Part shown: positions 56,245-64,000 of the stretch, one piece after another
Position numbering within the stretch: the stretch's first letter is position 1
Layout of the letters: every line of letters starts with the position of its first letter
Source of the DNA: a virus
Taxonomy: Duplodnaviria; Caudoviricetes
Direction: 5' to 3' (one strand)
Virus record (IMG/VR): IMGVR_UViG_2915177872_000003
Span: 4,584-68,583 of that record
Length of the DNA: 64,000 nucleotides
Made by a program: the position numbers and the translations under genes
Notes under the pieces: generated by a model
Seen by the model: only the letters and a program-made list of their open reading frames with translations
What the model was told of the DNA's origin: nothing
Database searches by the model: none

Positions 56245-56955
56245 ATGGACCAATTGAAGGACGCGGTAGCCGCAGCATTCGACAACATCGTCGCCTCCGG
56301 CGCCATCGAAGCCGCTCTCCAGGAGCAGGTCGGCAAAGCCATCACCAGCGCGATAAAAGACCAGATCGGCGGCTACAACAGCGATTTCACCAAGAAGATT
56401 AACGAGCGGGTCAAAGCGCTGATTGACGTCAATCTGGACGAAATTGATCTGCCCTGCTACCGCCAGTTGGTCGCTGACATCATTAAGAAGCGCGTCGGCG
56501 CCGTGATGACGTCGCAGTTCACCGAGCAGCTGGATAAAGATATCGCTGAGTTACTGGAGCCGGCTCCTGCTGAAATCACACTGCACGCACTGCTGGAAGA
56601 ATTCATCAAGCATAACCTCGACTATTACAGACGCGACGAATTGCGCGGTTGCGACTTCACTTTCAAGATCGAGCGGCACCCGTCGTCGGCGACCGGCGCG
56701 GAATATGTAGACGTCTACATCGACGCCGAGCCCGGCAAGTACGCAGGGCACGACGTCCACTTGCGGATCAAGGGTGCAGGCGAGGTGTGGGGCTTGTCGC
56801 TCAGCGGCCGCGATCTGAAAGACAAGATTTTTGTTGGTCCGCTGTTCGCGTTCGAGAAGCGCCTCTTCCAGATGTACACGGCCAAGACGCGTCTGATCAT
56901 CCCGGCCGACGCCACGGCGGACGACTACACCACCACATTCCCACACAACGATTAA
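56245..56955 (+). CDS. Hypothetical phage protein
   Basis: AAGGA RBS, 236 aa. Confidence 0.65.
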   Translation: MDQLKDAVAAAFDNIVASGAIEAALQEQVGKAITSAIKDQIGGYNSDFTKKINERVKALIDVNLDEIDLPCYRQLVADIIKKRVGAVMTSQFTEQLDKDIAELLEPAPAEITLHALLEEFIKHNLDYYRRDELRGCDFTFKIERHPSSATGAEYVDVYIDAEPGKYAGHDVHLRIKGAGEVWGLSLSGRDLKDKIFVGPLFAFEKRLFQMYTAKTRLIIPADATADDYTTTFPHND

Positions 56956-56966
56956 GCGAGCACACC

Positions 56967-58223
56967 ATGTTTTTCAAGAATTTGCAGGCCTACCGTTTGC
57001 CCGCGCCGTGGGCGATGACCGCCGATGCGCTGGCCGAAGCTCTCGCGCCGCAGGCCTTCACGCCGGCCAGCAGCAACGAGCTGATCCGCCAGGGCTGGTC
57101 CGCGCCGCGCCCGAATGGCGGTCTGGTGCACACCGTCAACAAGCAGATGCTGATCCGCCTGCGCGGCGAGAAAAAGCTGCTGCCGGCCACTGTCATCAAC
57201 CAGGTGACGAAGGCGCGCGCCGCCGAGATGGAAGAGGCACAGGGCTTCGCGCCGGGCAAGAAAGCGATGAAGGAATTGAAGGAACGCGTCACCGACGAGC
57301 TGCTGCCGCGCGCGTTCAGCATCGAGTCGAACACCTGGACGTGGATCGATCCGGTCAACGGCTGGCTGGTGGTCGACGCCGCCTCGCCGGCCAAGGCCGA
57401 CGAAGTCATCAAGCTGCTACTGAAAGCGGCCGACCGCATGCCGCTGGAAAGCCTGCGCGTGCAACGCTCGCCGGTGGGTGTGATGACCGACTGGCTGGCC
57501 ACCGACGAGGCGCCGGCCGGCTTCACGGTCGACCAGGACGCCACACTGCGCGCCACCGGCGAGAGCAAAGCGCAAGTGGGCTACAAGCACCACTCCCTCG
57601 ATCCGGAAGAAATCCGCCGCCACATCCAGGCCGGCAAGCAGTGCACGCGCCTGGCCATGACCTGGGAAAGCAAGATCAGCTTTGTGCTGGACGAGAGCCT
57701 GGCCGTCAAGTCGGTGAAGCCACTGGACGTGCTGACCGAGGCTGACAAGGGCTCGATCCGCAACGATGACGAGCGCTTCGACGGCGACTTCATGTTGATG
57801 ACCGGCGAACTGGCCAAGCTGATGGCCGACCTTGTTGAGGCGCTGGGCGGCGAGGCGAAGGACGTCGGCGCGCGGGACGACGCCGACACGGCCAGCTTAC
57901 GCGGTCTAATGCGCGAGCATGGCGCCACCATCACCAAGGTGACCACGGCGCCAGCCAAGGGCGACGAGCCTGGCCGTGAACAGCGCCCGGTGAACGGCCA
58001 CGGCCAGGGCGAAGTTCCCGCCGGCGACGGCAGCGCCAGCGATCCGCTGTACGAGCAGGCGGTGGCCGTCGTGCGCACCAACCAGCGCGCGTCGATATCA
58101 CTGGTCCAGCGTCACCTACGGATCGGCTACAACCGGGCAGCGCGGCTACTCGAGGCGATGGAACGTTCAGGAATCGTCACTGTGGCAGCGTCGAACGGCT
58201 CGCGCGAGGCGGTGGGAGCTTAA
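56967..58223 (+). CDS. rdgC: RdgC recombination-associated protein fused to an FtsK gamma domain
   Basis: [30 protein letters not shown] and FDGDF (RdgC); DPLYEQAV...[26 protein letters not shown] (FtsK-gamma). Confidence 0.9.
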   Translation: MFFKNLQAYRLPAPWAMTADALAEALAPQAFTPASSNELIRQGWSAPRPNGGLVHTVNKQMLIRLRGEKKLLPATVINQVTKARAAEMEEAQGFAPGKKAMKELKERVTDELLPRAFSIESNTWTWIDPVNGWLVVDAASPAKADEVIKLLLKAADRMPLESLRVQRSPVGVMTDWLATDEAPAGFTVDQDATLRATGESKAQVGYKHHSLDPEEIRRHIQAGKQCTRLAMTWESKISFVLDESLAVKSVKPLDVLTEADKGSIRNDDERFDGDFMLMTGELAKLMADLVEALGGEAKDVGARDDADTASLRGLMREHGATITKVTTAPAKGDEPGREQRPVNGHGQGEVPAGDGSASDPLYEQAVAVVRTNQRASISLVQRHLRIGYNRAARLLEAMERSGIVTVAASNGSREAVGA

Positions 58224-58479
58224 ATTCGTGGGGACCACCGACAAGCTCCTCGACCCGAAAATCGACTGCCGCTTTGGCAATGCCAGCTGCATACGCGAGT
58301 GCATCTTTCGGGCTGCCGAACACGGTAGGCACCTTCATCTGCAAAACGATGACGTCTCCATAGAGCACACGGTACGCGCCTACCCAGTTGCCGGGCTGGT
58401 CTTCAAAAGTCGAGATTTGCACGGTGTGCCCGTTGTGCTCGAAGGGATTTTCTTGAGCTCCCTCCCTTGGGTAAAACAT
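58177..58479 (-). CDS. Small counter-oriented hypothetical protein
   Basis: GAGGGG RBS; [22 protein letters not shown]. Confidence 0.6.
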   Translation of the reverse strand: MFYPREGAQENPFEHNGHTVQISTFEDQPGNWVGAYRVLYGDVIVLQMKVPTVFGSPKDALAYAAGIAKAAVDFRVEELVGGPHEFKLPPPRASRSTLPQ

Positions 58480-58512
58480 AGATTCCCCTCCTTTAATAAC
58501 AGGAATAATATC

Positions 58513-58962
58513 ATGAGCCTCCCCTATGAAAACTCCACCAGCGGCGCCAACGCCCTGGAGGAAATCGGCAAGATCCTGACGCGCTTCGGTTGCGCGCGTT
58601 TCGGCCACATGACCGACAACGAGAACGGCCACCTGCTGGTGCAGTTCACCCATCGCGGCAACGACGTGTCGGTGAAGGCCAGCTATCGCGGCTATGCGGC
58701 GGCCTGGTTGAAAGAACACCCGCACTCGAACCGCATGAAGGCGAACCGCACGCAGCACGAGAAAAATGCGCTGGAACAGGCCAAGGTCAGTGTCTGCTCG
58801 ATCCTGCGCGACTGGGTGAAATCGCAGGTCACCATGATCGAAATCGGCGTGCTGAGTTTTGAAGGCGCGTTCCTGGGCCAGCTGATGCTGGCGAACGGCA
58901 AGTCGGTGCTGGACCACGCAGCAGCTGTCGGCCTGGTGCAGATCGAAGGCGGTGCTGTATGA
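58513..58962 (+). CDS. Conserved phage hypothetical protein
   Basis: AGGA RBS; SILRDWVKSQVTMIE...FEGAFL motif. Confidence 0.7.
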   Translation: MSLPYENSTSGANALEEIGKILTRFGCARFGHMTDNENGHLLVQFTHRGNDVSVKASYRGYAAAWLKEHPHSNRMKANRTQHEKNALEQAKVSVCSILRDWVKSQVTMIEIGVLSFEGAFLGQLMLANGKSVLDHAAAVGLVQIEGGAV

Positions 58963-59884
58963 GCTACTGCTACAGCTATGACGGCGAACTTTATCAGGGC
59001 GATTTCGATAGCCCGCTGGCGGCGGCAGCCGAAGTTTTCGTAGGCGAGCCCAATCGGGAGACGGTACACGTCGGCGAATCGGTGCATGTGCCGACCACCG
59101 ACTACGTCAGCGCCGATTGGATCATTGACGATATCAGTACCCGCGCCATGGACGAATGCGGCGAAGTCGCCGAGGACTGGTTGCGCGCTCTGTCGAAGAA
59201 CGCAGAGGCCAAGGCTGAACTGGAAAAGCTGGTCGCCGACTTTATCGACAAACACGAGCGCCCGACTTTCTGGAATGTGGTGAACTGCCGCCAGGTTGCG
59301 CGCACCGAGGTGGAGGCGGCCGGCCTGCTCGCTCAGCGGCAGCAAGGCGGTGCAGCATGAGCGCCGCATTCTACAAATCGAGCGACGGCGCCCTGATGGC
59401 GGCATGGGCGATCTATGAAACCGACGTTGGGGCCGTGCGCGCCGCTGGTAAAGAGTTCGCTGCGCACTTCGGTGGCAAGCTGCTGATGCGCTCCGACTTC
59501 CACGGCAACAGAGTGGCTGGCCTGTGCTTCCAGCCGGCCAAGGATGACCCGCTGTGGACGAAACCGGACGCCCAGCTCGCCGACAAGCAGCGCCCGCGCA
59601 GCTCGCTGCGCAAGGGAACGAAAGAGCAGCGCCAGGCTCTGGCCGCGCTGCTGACGGAGTGGTCTGAGCGCTTCCCGAAGCTGAAAGCCGACCTCGCCCC
59701 GGTGCTGGCCGCCATGGGCACCGATTGGGGCGCCCTCTTCTTCTGCGGGATCGGCTTCTTCAAGCACGACGGCGCTATCTATGTCTGCACCAGCGCCAAG
59801 CTGGCACCGTGCATGGTCGAGATCCTGTCCAGCGAGTACAACGCGGCGAAGGCGGCCTATGAATCGATCAAGGAGGCAGCTTGA
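58959..59884 (+). CDS. Two coupled hypothetical proteins (58959..59360 and 59357..59884)
   Basis: ATGA-coupled ORFs of 133 and 175 aa. Confidence 0.6.
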
Positions 59885-60320
59885 GCGAGAACCAGTGGGT
59901 CCGGGTGATCCAATTCAAGCGGGTGATGGTTTGAAGCTGCTACCAGCCCACCGCCCAGCCTTCGACCGCGTAGGACCGGTCATGGCTGTGCGTCCACTTC
60001 GTGCCGCAAACGGCGCACTCGTGGTGCTCGACACACTTCGCGTCTTCGCCGGTTCCCACAATCGCCGGCTCCATCTCCCCAACTGGTCGCAGTGCCGGAT
60101 GTGGATCGGCGCCGTGCATGTGCCGCTCCATCGTTTTGCAGTCGTTGCACTTGTTCATCGCAGTCTCACAAGTTCGTAAGAGAGGAAATCTTATCATGAT
60201 TGGCAACGAAGACCTGCAAGCCCCAATCCCCAGCGACCCGCACTGCCGGCGCCGCGCGTGGCAGCTGATCGGCCTGATCTACGGCGCGGCGGCGCTGGCC
60301 AACCTTTGGTGGGCACTGTC

Positions 60321-60787
60321 ATGAGCGCGCGGGACGCACTGCCGCCGCCCACGGCGCGCGATCTGGCCGAGCAGCATGACATGCGCATCCACCGCGCAAA
60401 GCAGCGCTGCCGCCCGGTCCTGCACCTGGGCATCAAGCAGTTCATCGCCGGCTTCTGCTGGCACAAGGGCGACGACGAGATGGTCGTCTACCTGGAGGGC
60501 ATCGCCGGACCGGTCCGGCCGTGTGACATAACGATTATTGAGGAAGCAACATGAGCGCTCAAAATGCATTCCAGATGCGGCATGCGCTACTCAGCCTAGT
60601 GGCGCCGGCCGAGCCGACGAACGCTGAAGTACTGCGCGCGGTCGAGGCGCTGGACGTCAAGGTCGATCAATTGCTGACCACTCTCGTGCCGCAGCAATCG
60701 CCGCTGACGCTCGACCCGGCCGAAATCGCACGGACCATGGCACAGCTTAAGAGAGCGCGGCCAATATCAAAGGAGACGCCACCATGA
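60321..60787 (+). CDS. Two small coupled hypothetical proteins (60321..60554 and 60551..60787)
   Basis: ATGA overlaps at both junctions. Confidence 0.5.
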
Positions 60788-61119
60788 ACATGGGTGAATA
60801 CAAGATGATCGAAGCTCTGGTGCAGCGCCTGGAGGCGGCAGCGCAGGACGTCGCCACCAAGACGGCGGCAGCAGCCTACTCGATGGAATGGGTAAAACTC
60901 GATCGATACATAGAGCTATCGGGCGACACGATGGATGCGGTGCAGGCGCGCCGCAAGACCGGAAAGTGGCTCGATGGCGATCAATGCAAAATGGTCGATG
61001 GCAGGCTGTGGATCAGCCTCCCGGCCGTACAGGAATGGATAGAACGATGGGAACAGACAAGTCCACTACGCGCGGCGTTGAGCTCCGCACGGGCATCAAA
61101 AGCGAATCGATCCGCATAA
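60784..61119 (+). CDS. xis: Excisionase-like protein
   Basis: WVKLDRYIELSGDT..AV..RRKTGKW..G...K..DGRLWI; overlaps the integrase start. Confidence 0.75.
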   Translation: MNMGEYKMIEALVQRLEAAAQDVATKTAAAAYSMEWVKLDRYIELSGDTMDAVQARRKTGKWLDGDQCKMVDGRLWISLPAVQEWIERWEQTSPLRAALSSARASKANRSA

Positions 61120-62234
61120 AATTTATGTACAAAGGCATGGAGTGTCGCGAGACGCTCAAGCTCGATCACACGAAGCAAAATATCAGGTACGCCGAGCGAC
61201 TCCGCGGCGAGATCCTGAATGCCATCGAACTCGGAAAATTCGACTATGCCAAATACTTTCCTGACTCGGGCCAGCTCACGAAGCTTGGTCTGACGACGGT
61301 TACGAGCGCGTCGACCGTGGGCGAGTTGGTGCGCGAGTATTTGGACCAGGCGAAACCTGTTCTTGCTCCCAGCACTCACCTTCGCTACACGGCCACCTAC
61401 AAGACCCATATTAGCAGATTTGACAACATGCTTTTGACGGAGTTGACGCCGCCAGTTCTACGGGCCTGGATTGCCTCAATCAACCGCAAGGCCAGAACGA
61501 TACGATCGATTCTCATCCCGCTTCGCTCCGCCCTGGACTACGCAGTGAACGATGATCTTATCGAAGGTAATCCCCTGGATCGCGTCAAGATCAGTCGAAT
61601 CATCCCCAAGGAGGCGAAGAGGGTCGAATACGTCGTTGATCCGTTCAGCACGGAAGAAATCAAAGCGATACTTGCCGCCTGCGACGGACAGGAGCGCAAC
61701 GTGATTCTCTTCGCGTTTTCGACTGGCATGCGACCAAGCGAATACCTCGCATTGCGGTGGGGTTCGGTCGATTGGACAAATCTCACAGTGCTGGTTGAGA
61801 GGACGAGCGTCTTAGGCATTACCCGCGAAGAAACCAAAACCCAATCGGGGAGGCGTTCTATCGATCTGCGCAATGGCGCGCTACAAGCGCTGCGCGCGCA
61901 GAGGAATTTTACGGCGCTCGAAGACAATTTGGTTTTCCAAAATCCGAAGTTCGGCGCTGGGTGGCAGGACGCCCGGGAGTTGGGGCGGCGGTGGTACACG
62001 ATTCTAAAAAAGGCCGGCGTGCGCCGCCGGGTTCTTTATCAAACGCGGCACACCTTTGCGTCTACGCTGTTATCAAGCGGGCTCAACGCGCTTTACGTGG
62101 CTAAGCAGATGGGGCACAAGGATACAGTCATGGTTTCAAAAACTTATGGTAAGTGGATCGAACTGGAAAACGGTGCGCTCTCGGACTATTTCGTGCGCGC
62201 GATACCGGGCGGGAACGTCGCAATTAAGGGCTAG
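61047..62234 (+). CDS. int: Tyrosine integrase with Arm-DNA-binding (DUF3596-type) N-terminus
   Basis: TGMRPSE (R), YQTRHTFAS, QMGH and TYGKW (Y); N-terminal SIRIKFMYKGMECRETL. Confidence 0.95.
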   Translation: MGTDKSTTRGVELRTGIKSESIRIKFMYKGMECRETLKLDHTKQNIRYAERLRGEILNAIELGKFDYAKYFPDSGQLTKLGLTTVTSASTVGELVREYLDQAKPVLAPSTHLRYTATYKTHISRFDNMLLTELTPPVLRAWIASINRKARTIRSILIPLRSALDYAVNDDLIEGNPLDRVKISRIIPKEAKRVEYVVDPFSTEEIKAILAACDGQERNVILFAFSTGMRPSEYLALRWGSVDWTNLTVLVERTSVLGITREETKTQSGRRSIDLRNGALQALRAQRNFTALEDNLVFQNPKFGAGWQDARELGRRWYTILKKAGVRRRVLYQTRHTFASTLLSSGLNALYVAKQMGHKDTVMVSKTYGKWIELENGALSDYFVRAIPGGNVAIKG

Positions 62235-62258
62235 ATCTTTGTGCAACTCGCTGCGGAA

Positions 62259-62283
62259 TTCGCCCACGTTTCGCCCACGTGGG
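62259..62283 (+). repeat. Tandem 11-mer TTCGCCCACGT x2, probable integrase arm-type sites
   Basis: Direct repeat 25 bp after the integrase stop, at the phage/host boundary. Confidence 0.6.
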
Positions 62284-62383
62284 CCAGCCCCGCGCGTAAC
62301 CCCTTGAATTGAAATACTCCTGTAACAAATGTGATGATTAGTCTATAGTCATGGTTCTCTAGTGCATTCAAACCCACTTAATC

Positions 62384-64000
62384 ATGAAATTTGATGTTGC
62401 AATTGTCGGCAGCGGACTGGCCGGCCTGTCGGTCGCCCTGCATCTGGCCGAGACCCGTACCGTAGCGATTGTTTCCAAACGTGCCCTGAGGGATGGCGCC
62501 AGCAACTGGGCCCAGGGCGGCATTGCCGCCGTGCTGGACTCGGGCGACAGCCACACCCAGCACATCGACGACACCCTGATCGCCGGCGGCGGTCTGTGCG
62601 ACGAAGGCGCCACGCGCTACATCGTTGAACACGGCCGCGAAGCGATCGAGTGGCTGATCGAACAAGGCGTGCCCTTCACCAAGGATGATTCGGCCGAACT
62701 GGGCTTCCACCTGACCCGCGAAGGCGGCCACAGCCAGCGCCGCATCATCCACGCCGCCGACGCCACCGGCAATGCGGTGCAGATGACGCTGGAAGAAAAA
62801 GTACGCGCCCATCCGAACATCACGCTGTTCGAGCACCACTGCGCGATCGACCTGATCACCTCGGACAAGGTTCACCCAGGCAAAAAGGGCAACGCACAGC
62901 CGAAGTGCTACGGCCTGTACGTGCAGGACGAGCATACCGGTCAGGTGTACACTTTTGCGGCGGAACACACGGTGATGTGTACCGGTGGCGCCGGCAAGGT
63001 GTACCTGTACACCACCAATCCGGACACCGCCAGCGGCGACGGCATCGCCATGGCCTGGCGCGCCGGCTGCCGCGTGTCGAACATGGAATTCATCCAGTTC
63101 CACCCGACCTGCCTGTACCACCCGTACGCCAAATCCTTCCTGATCACCGAAGCGATCCGCGGCGAAGGCGGCCTGCTCAAGCTGCCGCCGGAAGCCGGCG
63201 CCGCCGCCGGCACGCGCTTCATGCTGGCCCACGACGAACGCGCCGAACTGGCGCCGCGCGACGTGGTCGCCCGCGCCATCGACTTCGAGATCAAGAAGCG
63301 CGGCCTGGACTACGTTCACCTCGACATCAGCCACAAGCCGGCCGAATTCCTGATCGAGCACTTCCCGACCATCTATGCGCGCTGCATGGAACTGGGCATC
63401 GACATCACCAAGGAACCGATTCCGATCGTGCCGGCCGCGCACTACACCTGCGGCGGCATTGTCACCGACCTGCATGGCCGCACCGATTTGCCGGGCCTGT
63501 ACGCCGTCGGCGAAACCGCCTGCACCGGCCTGCACGGCGCCAACCGCCTGGCCAGCAACTCGCTGCTGGAATGCGTGGTGATCGGCCGCGCCTGCGCGCT
63601 CGACATCACGTCCAAGGAAAAAGGCGAAGTGCCCTACCTGCCGGATTGGGACGAAAGCCGCGTCACCGACGCCGACGAAGAAGTGGTCATCTCGCACAAC
63701 TGGGACGAGCTGCGCCGCTTCATGTGGAACTATGTCGGCATCGTCCGCACCACCAAGCGCCTGGAACGCGCCCAGCACCGCCTGGCGCTGATGACGGAAG
63801 AAATCGACGAGTATTACCAGAACTTCCGCGTCTCGCACGACCTGCTGGAGCTGCGTAACCTGGTGGAGGTGGCGACCCTGATCGTCAACAGCGCCCTGCT
63901 GCGCCGTGAAAGCCGTGGCCTGCACTTCAGCCGCGACTATCCGGAGACGCTGGCGAAGGCGCTGCCGACCATCCTGACGCCGCCGCGGCGCAAGCAATGA
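62384..64000 (+). CDS. nadB: L-aspartate oxidase (host gene)
   Basis: FAD-binding GSGLAG, SNWAQGGIA, EGGHSQRRI, QFHPT, HYTCGG, LHGANRLASNSLLE and RRESRGLH motifs. Confidence 0.97.
   Translation: MKFDVAIVGSGLAGLSVALHLAETRTVAIVSKRALRDGASNWAQGGIAAVLDSGDSHTQHIDDTLIAGGGLCDEGATRYIVEHGREAIEWLIEQGVPFTKDDSAELGFHLTREGGHSQRRIIHAADATGNAVQMTLEEKVRAHPNITLFEHHCAIDLITSDKVHPGKKGNAQPKCYGLYVQDEHTGQVYTFAAEHTVMCTGGAGKVYLYTTNPDTASGDGIAMAWRAGCRVSNMEFIQFHPTCLYHPYAKSFLITEAIRGEGGLLKLPPEAGAAAGTRFMLAHDERAELAPRDVVARAIDFEIKKRGLDYVHLDISHKPAEFLIEHFPTIYARCMELGIDITKEPIPIVPAAHYTCGGIVTDLHGRTDLPGLYAVGETACTGLHGANRLASNSLLECVVIGRACALDITSKEKGEVPYLPDWDESRVTDADEEVVISHNWDELRRFMWNYVGIVRTTKRLERAQHRLALMTEEIDEYYQNFRVSHDLLELRNLVEVATLIVNSALLRRESRGLHFSRDYPETLAKALPTILTPPRRKQ

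Larger units (their letters stand above)
1..62280. mobile_element. Lambdoid (siphovirus-like) prophage, left end outside the window
   Basis: Complete module order: integrase, xis, recombination, cI/cro, replication, Q-like, terminase, portal, capsid, tail, tape measure, lysis. Many genes are coupled by ATGA overlaps. Confidence 0.97.

Noticed and set aside
62378-63997. 539-aa - strand ORF opposite nadB
   Set aside because: Codon-aligned antisense shadow of a clearly identified gene.
1-64000. CRISPR array, rRNA or IS transposase
   Set aside because: No regularly spaced repeats, rRNA signatures or transposase motifs were seen by eye.

Overview
Nearly the whole window (1..~62280) is one apparently intact lambdoid, siphovirus-like prophage in a GC-rich betaproteobacterium. 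The host is probably Oxalobacteraceae, inferred from the nadB sequence and the PEP-CTERM tail. The prophage is integrated just upstream of host nadB (62384..64000). From right to left the modules are: integrase/excisionase and the early pL operon (ERF + YqaJ recombination, KTSC, RdgC-FtsK-gamma; + strand); a cargo-rich immunity region (PEP-CTERM, Rha, DUF4236, two DUF3761 genes); a cI/cro switch whose operators and promoters can be read directly; a replication/DNA-modification operon on the - strand (ParB-like, C5-MTase with 5 internal repeats, DndC-like PAPS-reductase, NinG, helicase-MTase fusion, O-like initiator, Q-like antiterminator); morons (lipoprotein, paralogue pair, secreted B-lectin + Sel1 protein); then packaging, head, tail and lysis genes. 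The lysis module runs off the left edge, so the second att site is outside the window. Most notable: an HslV/proteasome-like peptidase inside the head-tail module, a capsid protein with a signal-peptide-like leader, GGA-loop hairpins before both head genes, a multi-repeat C5 methylase, a lectin/Sel1 gene pair, a repeat-flanked DUF3761 cassette and a four-way-junction RNA in the early operon. Family assignments come from motif recognition only; no database searches were run.
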